DNA of 64,000 nt from Balneolales bacterium (GCA_007132495.1 SLOL01000057.1:28994-92993); one strand, 5' to 3'; shown: positions 9,122 to 18,993, numbered from the stretch's first letter. Notes: generated from the sequence alone by a model not told the origin. A program made the numbers and translations.

Positions 9122-9988
9122 TCATCCGGTCATTTCCAGCCACCGGATGAGGTCACGGAACGCCCGCTCGATATCGGCCAGATAGACAGATTCGTTTTTT
9201 TCGTGATAGGGGTGGATTGCCGGCTCGATCGCCAGTGATGGAATACCATGCCGGTTATCCCGGTTTAGTTCCACACCATAATGCAGATAGTCGTTGGTGT
9301 TGTTGGAAAGCAGCAGACCCGGGTCAATGGTCAGCAGCTCGTCGCGTATCCGCACGGTTCGCTGCTTCTCCTTTTTTCCGGGCCGTACTCCGGTAAAGTG
9401 CCAGTGTTCACTGTATAGGGCCACACCGCTCTTTCCTTTGAACAGCGGTGTGGTATCCACGGTCATTACGGATGCCGGCAGTAATTGTTTTTCAATCAGG
9501 TAGCGGGATATACGCCCGGCACCAATCCCGCTGTAAAGACCCGACCCACCGTTTTTGAGCAGATGGGGATGATGCTTCAATCCGAACTGTTCCTCCATTT
9601 CGGAGAACAGCAGGAGCAGTGGCGGAAAGTTGTGCGTTGATGCAAGCTTTGCAACGGCGATACAAATGGCCAGCCCGACCGAATTGTCCAGCTGCCCCGT
9701 TACCCGGGTATCGTCCATTTGAAAGGGCAGCACCTCCGGTGGCGACTGCCCGAAATGATTGATTTTATCAAGATGGGCCGATAAACCGACCGGACCGCGA
9801 CCGGATTCACCCGGAATGTAAGCCACCAGGTTGTTATCAGGTATTTCGTGCCAGACCAGACCTGGTACCGGTTCCAGCATTCGCCTGACAACAGGATGCA
9901 TACGCTCCTCAAATGAAGAAAATGAGGGTACAACGGCCAGATCGGCTAACAGGGCGTGAAGGGGATTCATGGGATTTATGGTCATCAA
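9122..9988 (-). CDS. Putative M42/M28-like metallopeptidase-fold protein
   Basis: The order of candidate metal ligands resembles co-catalytic aminopeptidases: SAHLDK, QLDNSVG, SEMEEQ, and a later D and H. This is a weak call by eye. Confidence 0.4.
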   Translation of the reverse strand: MMTINPMNPLHALLADLAVVPSFSSFEERMHPVVRRMLEPVPGLVWHEIPDNNLVAYIPGESGRGPVGLSAHLDKINHFGQSPPEVLPFQMDDTRVTGQLDNSVGLAICIAVAKLASTHNFPPLLLLFSEMEEQFGLKHHPHLLKNGGSGLYSGIGAGRISRYLIEKQLLPASVMTVDTTPLFKGKSGVALYSEHWHFTGVRPGKKEKQRTVRIRDELLTIDPGLLLSNNTNDYLHYGVELNRDNRHGIPSLAIEPAIHPYHEKNESVYLADIERAFRDLIRWLEMTG

Positions 9989-10207
9989 GGGTATCCACGG
10001 TCAACAGTATATAGTGGAAAAGCATCGACTTTTCAAGAACTATTCAGGACGATTCTATTCTGCAACCTGAAAAGAATGCGTGCTGCGGAATGATATGTGC
10101 TCCCCCCAAAAAAATGTATTGTTGCATATCTTAAAAGGTGAACGTATTTTCGAGTTTCGAATGCGTGCCTTGTACATAGTTAATTTAAAATACCAGCACT
10201 CAAAAAC

Positions 10208-10672
10208 ATGAATATAGATACCCGAAACAGGATCATCAGCGGCGTTCTCGCAGTAATTATCGTCTTCCTTGCCTGGTTACTTTACGACTCTATTGTTAGC
10301 CCTTTTGAACAAGTAGAAAGACAGAGAGAAGTCACCGAACAGGTTCGTCACCGCATGACGGTAGTCCGGGATGCACTTGTGGAATATCAGCGAAGGGAAG
10401 ACCAATTCCCGGAATCCCTTGAAGATCTTGTGGAATGGCTCAAGACCAATGAAGATATGGTGGAACGAGGCGATTCGTTGTTTGCATTCCGCCCACCTCA
10501 TGAATACGATCCCGATTCCATAGTATATTCCCCGAGAACCGGGTCACAGTTTGAATATGCACTGAACGACACCATCAGACCGAACATCTATCTTCTCGAA
10601 GACCCGGATACCGACGATGCCATAGGGTCTCTTGAGCGCACCACCCTGCTCAACGCCACCAATTGGAACTAA
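10208..10672 (+). CDS. Hypothetical membrane-anchored protein
   Basis: 154-aa ORF with a single N-terminal TM helix (IISGVLAVIIVFLAWLLY) and an acidic soluble domain. Confidence 0.5.
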   Translation: MNIDTRNRIISGVLAVIIVFLAWLLYDSIVSPFEQVERQREVTEQVRHRMTVVRDALVEYQRREDQFPESLEDLVEWLKTNEDMVERGDSLFAFRPPHEYDPDSIVYSPRTGSQFEYALNDTIRPNIYLLEDPDTDDAIGSLERTTLLNATNWN

Positions 10673-10682
10673 ATGGTTTGTC

Positions 10683-11540
10683 ATGCCGGAACCGGATGCG
10701 CGACTGGGAATTAATTTTGACGCAAATAAGTTATTCTACGCCGTATCCCGTCCGTCGCTACCGGGAGTATTGAGCCGCGTCGGATTTGTCGATTTTGCAT
10801 TTGACCTGGTTCAATCGATATCCACTCAGGACACCGATACCTTTCCGGGTGTCTGTGATACAGTAGCCGGTCTCGTCAGGGATTACGAAGTATCGGACAT
10901 TCGTCTGGTATTGCCTCCTTCATTTGAATGCTGGAGTATTATTCCAAAATCGGTACATGATGAGAATGAGGAGCGGGAAGCCCATCTCAATATCCTGATG
11001 CAGGGCACGGATCCGGACAACACGAAGCGTATATGGCATTCGTTGAGCAATCGTGATTTCAAACTTGTTTCCATTCGACGCCATGAACATATCGAAACGA
11101 TCTCTTCTTTGATGGGGAATGTGCCCTCCGGCACCATTTACTCCGATTTTGAAATCGGCAACCACTGGATGGAACACAGCCAATACCGCGGTTCATTCCT
11201 CTCCATTTCTTCGTACAACGGCGTGATCAGCGTCTCCTCATATCTTCTCGGAACGTTGAGAGCTGCCACCTATTTTACCTATGACGACATCCGTGACCTG
11301 CCTTATTTCTGGCTGCAATATGCATCGCACCTCCCCTGGATTGAGGGACTGCATGAATATGTGATTGTATTCGGTGATCATTCCGGAAAAATTGTGGAAA
11401 CACTCAAGGCATTCTGGGATGATTCTTCGGAGATCATGGTAATGAATTCTTTCGAAAAAGCTAAAATGCAGTCCGGGGAAGAGTCGTTCAGTTTTTCACT
11501 GGAGCGTGCCTTCCCGGCCATGTTGCTTTCGGTGTCCTGA
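10683..11540 (+). CDS. Hypothetical protein
   Basis: The ORF continues 10 nt after the previous stop. Start set at ATG 10683 (MPEPDARLGINFD...). The N-terminus loosely resembles the phosphate-1 strand of ASKHA/PilM-like proteins, which I cannot verify. Confidence 0.5.
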   Translation: MPEPDARLGINFDANKLFYAVSRPSLPGVLSRVGFVDFAFDLVQSISTQDTDTFPGVCDTVAGLVRDYEVSDIRLVLPPSFECWSIIPKSVHDENEEREAHLNILMQGTDPDNTKRIWHSLSNRDFKLVSIRRHEHIETISSLMGNVPSGTIYSDFEIGNHWMEHSQYRGSFLSISSYNGVISVSSYLLGTLRAATYFTYDDIRDLPYFWLQYASHLPWIEGLHEYVIVFGDHSGKIVETLKAFWDDSSEIMVMNSFEKAKMQSGEESFSFSLERAFPAMLLSVS

Positions 11541-11549
11541 ATCCATCTC

Positions 11550-12113
11550 ATGCGAATTATAACCGGTAAACTAAAAGGACGACGAATTTCGGTTCCTCCC
11601 AATACGTCCATCAGACCGACCTCTGATCGTGCCAAGGAGAGTATTTTTTCTGTCATTGATGCTCGCAAACATATTTCGGGGAGCCGGGTACTTGATCTGT
11701 TCGCAGGATCTGGTAATCTTGGGTTTGAAGCCATTTCGCGGGGTGCCGAACAGGTCACCTATGTCGAATCGTCCCGTAAAGCTGTCGATCATGTTGCCAG
11801 GACCGCCGAAATTTTCGATGTCGGTGGACAGATGTTCGGTATCTGCACTACCGTCGAACAATATCTGCGCAGCACCCCCCGTCCGTATGACTTTATTTTC
11901 GCCGATCCGCCTTACGACTTCGGGGAGCTGAAAGCTTTGCCTGATATTATCCTGAATAATGGCTGGCTTAAAGAGGATGGCTGGCTGATCCTGGAACACG
12001 ATAAAAAACATGACTTTTCAGAGCACCCCGACTGCGTTTTTTCGAAACCCTACGGCCGGACCATCGCCACCATCTTTACTCGTGACCACAATCCGGATTC
12101 ACCGGCCGACTGA
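11550..12113 (+). CDS. rsmD: 16S rRNA (guanine(966)-N(2))-methyltransferase RsmD
   Basis: MRIITGKLKGRRI...RPTSDRAKESIFS...DLFAGSGNLGFEAISRGA...FADPPY. Confidence 0.9.
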   Translation: MRIITGKLKGRRISVPPNTSIRPTSDRAKESIFSVIDARKHISGSRVLDLFAGSGNLGFEAISRGAEQVTYVESSRKAVDHVARTAEIFDVGGQMFGICTTVEQYLRSTPRPYDFIFADPPYDFGELKALPDIILNNGWLKEDGWLILEHDKKHDFSEHPDCVFSKPYGRTIATIFTRDHNPDSPAD

Positions 12114-12227
12114 CAGTGAAGTTTAATCTCTCATATCTACTCTGCATTTTTATTACAATATGGCGAAGTTCTATTATCTCGTTACATATAAATTGCTATC
12201 CATCTGGTCTCTTGGAAGGAGGTACTT

Positions 12228-12710
12228 GTGAAAGTCATTTATGCCGGATCTTTTGACCCCATTACCTACGGACACCTTGATGTTCTTGAACGGGCTACCA
12301 ATCTGTTTGAATTGGTGCACGTCACCATAGCGGTGAACAAACGTAAACATGCCATTTTTACACCGGAAGAGCGCATATCGCTGATTGAGGAAACCATCGC
12401 TGATAAACCCTGGGCTCACAAAGTGGCTATCCACCAATTCACCGGACTTCTTGTCGATTACGCCCGAAAAAACAATATTAAAACCCTTATAAGGGGCGTT
12501 CGCCAATTCTCCGATTATGAATATGAATTCCGCATGGCGCTGATGAATCGAAAACTTGACAAGGATATCGATACCGTCTTCCTGATGCCTCGCGAAGAGT
12601 TGACATTTGTATCCGGAACCCTGGTCCGTGAAATTGCTTATTGGGGGGGCGAACTTGAACATTTTGTGCCGGATAATGTGGCCAAAGCCCTCAAAAAAAA
12701 ATATCAATGA
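12228..12710 (+). CDS. coaD: Pantetheine-phosphate adenylyltransferase
   Basis: YAGSFDPITYGHLDVLERA motif. GTG start preceded by GGAAGGAGG. The rsmD-coaD pairing is a conserved arrangement. Confidence 0.9.
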   Translation: MKVIYAGSFDPITYGHLDVLERATNLFELVHVTIAVNKRKHAIFTPEERISLIEETIADKPWAHKVAIHQFTGLLVDYARKNNIKTLIRGVRQFSDYEYEFRMALMNRKLDKDIDTVFLMPREELTFVSGTLVREIAYWGGELEHFVPDNVAKALKKKYQ

Positions 12711-12862
12711 TTTGAAACCACTCTGTGCTTGTGGTTACCGGTCCCGTAAATACTCGCAATACAGCTGATATAACGGGTAGATAAAACAAAGCCATTTTTT
12801 TATATTGCTATGTTTGCTTAAAAATTATTACTCTCAAGAACTCCAACCTGACCTATACGATT

Positions 12863-14062
12863 ATGATCGCACAAAGAGTGCAGGCTATTGCGCCTTCGGA
12901 AACTTTAAAAATATCAGGCCGCGCCAAGGAACTGCAGCGCGAGGGAAAGTCGATTATCTCGCTCAGCGCCGGTGAACCCGACTTCAAAACCCCCGATAAT
13001 ATTTGTGAAGCCGCCATACAGGCTATTCGCGACGGACACCATGGATATACGGTCAATACCGGAAACCCGGAGTTGCGGGAAGCCGTCTGCGAAAAGCTGA
13101 AAAAAGAGAACAACCTGGATTATACAGCGGATCAGGTCATTCTCTCCAACGGAGCCAAGCAGTCCATCGGATTTTCCCTGTTTGCCACGCTCAATCCGGG
13201 TGATGAAGTACTGATTCCCGCACCCTACTGGGTATCCTATCCGGAAATGGTGAAACTGGCTGAGGGCAAGCCGGTCGTTGTGCAAACCGCATTTGAAAAT
13301 GACTACAAGCTGACAGCCGATCAACTGCGCGATGCCATCACGGGTAAAACCAAAATGCTTATTCTCTGCTCACCATCCAATCCGACCGGCAGCTGTTATT
13401 CCGCCGACGAGTTGAAGGCACTGGCGGAGGTGTTGCGCGACTATCCCGATATTATGGTCCTTTCGGATGAAATCTATGAATATATTGTCTTTGAAGGCGA
13501 TCATGTCGGCATCGCCCAGGTGGCGCCGGATCTGAAAGATCGGATATTGCTGATCAACGGCTTCTCCAAAGGATTTGCCATGACCGGATGGCGACTCGGC
13601 TATCTTGCCGGACCGACCGACGTTGTCAAAGCCGTTGCCAAAATCCAGAGCCAGGAGACCTCCGGACCCAGCTCCATCTCTCAAAAAGCGGGAGAAGCGG
13701 CCTATCTTGGTTCCCGTGATTCCGTAAGAGAAATGGTCAAAGCGTTTCGGGAACGCCGGGACTACCTGGTCGATGCCCTGAACAACATTGAGGGCGTCAG
13801 GTGCTTCAATCCCGGCGGTGCATTTTATGCCTTTCCGGATATATCGAGTTATCTGAATTCGGTAACACCCTCCGGAAACAAAATCACCAACAGTACCGAC
13901 CTGTGCCTGTTTCTGCTCGAAGAGCGGGGACTGGCCACAGTCCCCGGCGATGCTTTTGGTGAACCCCGGGGTATCCGCCTCTCCTATGCCGCCTCAATGG
14001 ACCATCTGAAGGAAGCGATCAAGAGACTGCGGGAAGGTCTGGAAGCCCTGAAGAAATCGTAG
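12863..14062 (+). CDS. Pyridoxal phosphate-dependent aminotransferase (aspartate aminotransferase-like, class I)
   Basis: SNPTG and the FSKGFAMTGWRLGY PLP-lysine motif; 399 aa. Confidence 0.85.
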   Translation: MIAQRVQAIAPSETLKISGRAKELQREGKSIISLSAGEPDFKTPDNICEAAIQAIRDGHHGYTVNTGNPELREAVCEKLKKENNLDYTADQVILSNGAKQSIGFSLFATLNPGDEVLIPAPYWVSYPEMVKLAEGKPVVVQTAFENDYKLTADQLRDAITGKTKMLILCSPSNPTGSCYSADELKALAEVLRDYPDIMVLSDEIYEYIVFEGDHVGIAQVAPDLKDRILLINGFSKGFAMTGWRLGYLAGPTDVVKAVAKIQSQETSGPSSISQKAGEAAYLGSRDSVREMVKAFRERRDYLVDALNNIEGVRCFNPGGAFYAFPDISSYLNSVTPSGNKITNSTDLCLFLLEERGLATVPGDAFGEPRGIRLSYAASMDHLKEAIKRLREGLEALKKS

Positions 14063-14131
14063 ATAAACTTTTTTCCCGGTCCCGGCGTTTAAGCTTTCAA
14101 AAAACCAAGAACTCAAGCGGATAAGAGAATC

Positions 14132-14470
14132 ATGCCGACATATGTATATAAAAGGGAAGATGGCTCCACCTTCGAGATCATACAGAAAATCTCGGAGGAG
14201 GCGTTGAAATCCTGCCCTGAAACCGGCCAACCGGTCAAACGTGTGATCACCGGAGGAGGAGGCGTCGTGTACAAGGGTGACGGTTGGTATGTTACTGATT
14301 ACAAGAACAAATCCAACGGTCATTCCGAATCCGGTGCGTCAAAAAATGGCAATGGATCGGTTGCATCAGAATCAGGTGAGAACAAATCATCTTCCGACAG
14401 CAGCAAAACCAGGCAGAACTCCGACAGCGCCGGTACCGGGAAAACGAACAAAACGGGAAGTTCCTCTTAA
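14132..14470 (+). CDS. FmdB-family zinc-ribbon-like protein (Cys ligands largely lost) with a Ser/Gly/Asn-rich tail
   Basis: MPTYVYKREDGSTFEIIQKISEEALKSCPETGQPVKRVI...GDGWYVTDY matches the FmdB layout (MPxYEYxCxxCG...CPxCG...GxGWY). Only one Cys is retained. Confidence 0.6.
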   Translation: MPTYVYKREDGSTFEIIQKISEEALKSCPETGQPVKRVITGGGGVVYKGDGWYVTDYKNKSNGHSESGASKNGNGSVASESGENKSSSDSSKTRQNSDSAGTGKTNKTGSSS

Positions 14471-14518
14471 CCGGGATCATTTTAACCGGATTCAGAATGG
14501 CCACAAACCGGCAGGGTA

Positions 14519-14881
14519 ATGAACCACGTGGAACTGGGTAAAATGGGTGAAGAACGGGCTGTTGCGTACCTGGAGTCTAAAAATTTCATGGTGCTCGACC
14601 GGAACTACCGGTTTATGCGGGCCGAGGTGGATGTAGTGGCTTCCACAGACCGGGAGATTGTCTTTGTGGAAGTTAAAACCCGCCGCAACAAGTCATACGG
14701 GGAACCCGAGGAGAGCGTCAACGATGCCAAAAAACGCCAGCTCTTCAAAGTCGCAGAAGCCTGGCTCCATGAACGAAAAATGGAGGGGGCTCCGGTCCGG
14801 TTTGATGTCATAACCATTTTACACCCCAACCGGGAGAACGAAGAAATCCACCATATGGAGGGAGCTTTCTGGTATATGTGA
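14519..14881 (+). CDS. YraN family endonuclease (UPF0102)
   Basis: GEERAVAYLESKNFMVLDRNYR...EVDVVA...VFVEVKTR motif pattern. Confidence 0.85.
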   Translation: MNHVELGKMGEERAVAYLESKNFMVLDRNYRFMRAEVDVVASTDREIVFVEVKTRRNKSYGEPEESVNDAKKRQLFKVAEAWLHERKMEGAPVRFDVITILHPNRENEEIHHMEGAFWYM

Positions 14882-14977
14882 GAAGCCGGTTGTTTCGTTA
14901 TCTCTGTTCAAACAGGGTGCAGAATAGCACAAAAAAAGTTATTTTGCGGACAATCCTCCCAGAAACGAACGACTTCC

Positions 14978-15280
14978 ATGAACCTCCGTTTTCTCAACCC
15001 GCTGCGATGGCGCCGCTCTTTGCTTTTCTTCGTGCTGCTTGTCATGCTCATATTATGGTTCGGTTTTTTTGACACCTACAGCCTCCGTACCCGGATACTG
15101 CTTGAAAACGAAAAAAAGGAGCTCATCAAAGAGACCGAGCGTCTTCAGGCCGAGACCATGGAATACCAGCAAAAACTGGATAGCCTGGAATCGAATCCGC
15201 AGTTGCTCGAACGTATTGCCCGGGAAGAGTACGGAATGAGAAAGCCCGGCGAAACCATTTACCGGATCCAGGAGGACTAA
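14978..15280 (+). CDS. ftsB: Septum formation initiator family protein (FtsB/DivIC-like)
   Basis: N-terminal TM helix, then a coiled coil, then the C-terminal IAREEYGMRKPGE motif. Confidence 0.75.
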   Translation: MNLRFLNPLRWRRSLLFFVLLVMLILWFGFFDTYSLRTRILLENEKKELIKETERLQAETMEYQQKLDSLESNPQLLERIAREEYGMRKPGETIYRIQED

Positions 15281-15349
15281 CCTCCATTTGCGTATGCAAT
15301 GTCAACGATTTACTGTTCTGTTGCACGATCCTCATAAGTTATCCATTCC

Positions 15350-18211
15350 GTGCCTTCTGTACGCAATTGCACCATAATAATCCTCTGCTTCCTTACCGTA
15401 TTGCTTATGCTCTCGCGGGAGAGTTACGCCTTTTCCGCATCAGCTGTCCCTGACGCGTCCAGCGCCCGGGAAACCAATGCCGCGTCAGCTGCCCCTTCTG
15501 ACACGTCGGATATCCCCCCGGCATCATCCGACACTCCCATTGATACCACTGATACCGAAGTACCTGCTGACACTTCCGGAGCACCCGGTGTGTCACCTGA
15601 GGCTCCGGCCGACACCTCTGATCTGCCGCCCCGGGATCCGGACATTCCGCCTGACCGGCCGACCGGCCCTCCGGATGCTCAGGCTCCACCATCCGACAGG
15701 GCTCCCGACGGGGGAGATCAGCGAAATGATGTCCGCTTCTCTTCCAGTGATTCGCTCATTTTCACCACCCGGGATGAAAGACGTGCCACTTTGTATGGAA
15801 ACGCCCGGGTCGGAAATGATAATGGGGAGTTGACCGCCGGCGAGGTCCTGTTGAATCTCGACAAAAACGAGGTAAGCGCCCAGGCGGCCGCCCCTGAAGA
15901 CACCCTTTCCCAGCCGGTGCTGCAACGCGGACAGGACCGGATCCGAAGCGAGCGCATCGCATACAATTACGAGACGGATAAGGGCAAGTTCGATGTGGCA
16001 CGTGTCACCATGGACCAGGGGAATGTCATCGGTACGCAGGTCAAGCGTACGGCACCTCATGTCGTCTTTGTGGAAGACGGCATCTACTCCACCTGTGATC
16101 TGGACCACCCCCACTTTTATATCCGTGCCAACCGGATGAAAGTGGTGGATGAGGACGAAATCTTTTTTACCCGCGCACGACTCTTCATTCTCGATATTCC
16201 ATACCCTCTCGTTTTTCCGTTCGGCTATGTCCCGTCCCAGATACGACGGGAACAGTCCGGTCTGCTTGAACCTTCCTTCACTTACCAGGAACAGCAGCGC
16301 CGGGGACTTGGTCTGCAGAATCTTGGATGGTTTCAATATTTCAATGAGTACCTTACCGGTCAGATCTCAACCGATCTCTTTACCTCGGGAACTTATTTTA
16401 TCGATTCCCGGCTTAACTACAGCCGGACCGACCAGTACAGCGGGAACATTCAGTTCAGCTATTCCCGGGATCAGGGACTGGAACCTACCGATCCTGATTT
16501 TACCTCCAATATACAGCGCCGTATTGGCATTAATCACCGGCAGACCATCAATCCTTACTCTTCCATATCGGCAAATATCAATTTGCGTACAGCGGATTAC
16601 TACAACAGAAACTCCTATGACGTTGGTGAACGTGCTGAAGTCAGTACCCAGTCCAGTGCCTCCTATAATTTCAATCACCCGGACGGCACCTACAATGTCA
16701 GCGTATCAGGCCGACACTCCCAGAATTTCGCCACCGATGTCACCACGCTCACCGGGCCGGATGTCAATTTTTCCATGCGGCGCTTTACCCCGTTCCAGCG
16801 TACCGGTCCTGCAACAGACCAATCATGGTACGAATCCTTAAACATTCAATATCGCAGTGAGTTAAGATCTCGGTTCGACTATCGCCCCCTGGAGGATACC
16901 GATATCGGATTTCTGGAGTCGCTCTTCAGTCCCTCCAAACACCGCGATGCCACCGGCGATTTTCGCCATATCAAAACCGGGATACGACACAATGCCGGAG
17001 TCAATACACAGCTATTCAGCAGTACTGTCGCCAACCTGAGTGCCAATCTGAATCTTAACGAATACTGGTATCCGCAAACATTGCGACAGGAGTGGAATGA
17101 GGAAGAGGAACAGATCATATCTCGGATGGAATCCGGTTTTGCCGCCGGAAGGGACTTCAGCACCGGACTGAGTGCCAATACCACTATCTATGGTATGAGC
17201 GAAGCCAGAATCGGTAAATTCGAAGGGTTCCGCCACACCATGCGGCCATCGCTGAGTTTTAATTACAGCCCCGATTTCAGCGATCCGGTTTGGGGCTACT
17301 ACCGCGAGGTACAATCCAATGTAGAGGGAGACACCCGACGTTATTCTATTTTCGACGGAGGCATTGTAGGTGGTCCCAGTTCCGGACGTCAGCAGACCAT
17401 GAGTCTCAGCATCTCCAATAACCTTGAGACCAAAGAGGTGCGAAGAGACACCACCGGTGAGCGTTCGGTCAACACCGTCCGCCTTATCGACCGGCTTAAC
17501 CTGAGCGCCAGTTATAACTTCGCCGCCGAACGGTTCAATCTTTCCGACCTGAGCACCTCGATGAGCACCTCATACTTTCAGAATTTGAACCTGAATGCCA
17601 ATGCCACCTTTAGCTTCTATGATACCGATGACGACGGAAACCGCATTGACCAGTACCTTTGGGAAGAATCCAGCCGGTTTATACGCCTGACCAATTTCCG
17701 GTTCAGTACCAGCACCGAATTCCGGAGCGGTGAAGGCATGCGGGGCGGTGGCCGCCGCTCACAGTGGCACTACCCTGAGCATTACGACCCGCTGGACCAG
17801 TCCCGCTTTCATCCCGTGGACCGTGCCATTCGTGATGGCCGTATCGAGCGTATAGACGTTCCATGGTCCATGCGGGTTACATTCAACTACAGCTGGCGGA
17901 AACAAGGCGGACAAATTCGTCAGAATGCCGTCATCAATGCCCAAAGCATCCAGGTGCGCCTCACTCCGGAATGGCAGGTGGGCACGCAACTGGGGTACGA
18001 TTTTATTGAAGGAAGAGTGACGCCATCCCGTTTCAACGTAACCCGGAACCTTCACTGCTGGAATCTGAGCTTTCAGTGGAACCCGTTCGATGATATGAAA
18101 TTTTTTATGTTCCGGCTTACCGTGGCCGATTCGCGACTTCAGGGCCTTTTCCAGAAGCTTCCCGGACTCAACAACCTGGAACGAAGCTCCAGCCCGATCA
18201 ACCGGTTCTGA
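15350..18211 (+). CDS. lptD: Putative LPS assembly outer-membrane protein LptD (OstA-like) with a disordered Pro/Asp/Thr/Ser-rich N-terminal extension
   Basis: Signal peptide, then an OstA-like N-domain (ATLYGNARVGNDNGELTAGEVLLNLDKNEV), then a long beta-barrel-type sequence ending in an aromatic residue. GTG start. Confidence 0.75.
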   Translation: MPSVRNCTIIILCFLTVLLMLSRESYAFSASAVPDASSARETNAASAAPSDTSDIPPASSDTPIDTTDTEVPADTSGAPGVSPEAPADTSDLPPRDPDIPPDRPTGPPDAQAPPSDRAPDGGDQRNDVRFSSSDSLIFTTRDERRATLYGNARVGNDNGELTAGEVLLNLDKNEVSAQAAAPEDTLSQPVLQRGQDRIRSERIAYNYETDKGKFDVARVTMDQGNVIGTQVKRTAPHVVFVEDGIYSTCDLDHPHFYIRANRMKVVDEDEIFFTRARLFILDIPYPLVFPFGYVPSQIRREQSGLLEPSFTYQEQQRRGLGLQNLGWFQYFNEYLTGQISTDLFTSGTYFIDSRLNYSRTDQYSGNIQFSYSRDQGLEPTDPDFTSNIQRRIGINHRQTINPYSSISANINLRTADYYNRNSYDVGERAEVSTQSSASYNFNHPDGTYNVSVSGRHSQNFATDVTTLTGPDVNFSMRRFTPFQRTGPATDQSWYESLNIQYRSELRSRFDYRPLEDTDIGFLESLFSPSKHRDATGDFRHIKTGIRHNAGVNTQLFSSTVANLSANLNLNEYWYPQTLRQEWNEEEEQIISRMESGFAAGRDFSTGLSANTTIYGMSEARIGKFEGFRHTMRPSLSFNYSPDFSDPVWGYYREVQSNVEGDTRRYSIFDGGIVGGPSSGRQQTMSLSISNNLETKEVRRDTTGERSVNTVRLIDRLNLSASYNFAAERFNLSDLSTSMSTSYFQNLNLNANATFSFYDTDDDGNRIDQYLWEESSRFIRLTNFRFSTSTEFRSGEGMRGGGRRSQWHYPEHYDPLDQSRFHPVDRAIRDGRIERIDVPWSMRVTFNYSWRKQGGQIRQNAVINAQSIQVRLTPEWQVGTQLGYDFIEGRVTPSRFNVTRNLHCWNLSFQWNPFDDMKFFMFRLTVADSRLQGLFQKLPGLNNLERSSSPINRF

Positions 18212-18348
18212 GCCACCTTCATCCCAACGACCAGCCTCTCAGAACAACCTGTTCGGAGCTTTTGCTCTGCCCGGTCTACCACTTTCCGATCGATGGCGGA
18301 CTTTTACGTGGCCTGCTCTCCCGCTTTCCGGGTTATACCGGTTGTTGA

Positions 18349-18993
18349 CTAATCCGTAAATCCGGTATTGCGAAGCATCTCCTCCGAAATGCCTTTTCTG
18401 CCCTGCTCCCGATTCTGCATAAAGCGCAGAACATATTTGCCGAGGATATCAAACTCCAGATTTACCCGGTCACCCTTTTTGCGGTTTTTAATAGCCGTAT
18501 GCTCCCAGGTGTAGGGGATAATGGCAACCGTAAAGGAATTGCCCGATTCCCGGGCGACCGTAAGACTGATCCCGTCAATGGCAATGCTTCCGCGACCAAC
18601 GAGCAGATCCCGCCACCCGGGATCATATCCTATGGTGCAGAGCCGGTTGGTCCCCTCTTTCCGGACATCCAGCATCTCACCGGTGGCATCCACATGACCC
18701 TGAACGATATGTCCGTCGATTCGTTGGGCCAGTGAAAGAGAACGTTCGAGATTAACCTCCGAACCGGGCTTCAGGTCACCGAGGGCCGTTTTCCTCAGAG
18801 TCTCCTCGATCGCCTGTACCGCAACCGTACCCTTCTCCTGCCGGACGACCGTCTGACACACGCCGTTGACACAAAGACTGTTGTCCACCTCCAGCGATGA
18901 GGCGATATCGCACGATATAAGGATCTCTTTACCCCCGCCGATATCCCTGATCGAGGTTACTTCTCCCAGCTCTTCAATAATACCGTTAAACAT
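18349..18993 (-). CDS. ribE: Riboflavin synthase
   Basis: MFNGIIEELGEV start and an internal duplicated lumazine-binding repeat. Start set at ATG 18993; the track starts at a GTG 9 nt upstream. Confidence 0.9.
   Translation of the reverse strand: MFNGIIEELGEVTSIRDIGGGKEILISCDIASSLEVDNSLCVNGVCQTVVRQEKGTVAVQAIEETLRKTALGDLKPGSEVNLERSLSLAQRIDGHIVQGHVDATGEMLDVRKEGTNRLCTIGYDPGWRDLLVGRGSIAIDGISLTVARESGNSFTVAIIPYTWEHTAIKNRKKGDRVNLEFDILGKYVLRFMQNREQGRKGISEEMLRNTGFTD

Noticed and set aside
15593-16336. 247-aa minus-strand ORF antisense to lptD (similar cases: 52338-53033 antisense to the M50 protease gene, 60357-61103 antisense to the acidic protein gene, 20298-20939 antisense to the ppiD-like gene, 47109-47687 and 48098-48325 antisense to the GT2 gene)
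   Set aside because: Each lies wholly within a better-supported CDS on the other strand and translates to low-complexity or motif-free sequence.
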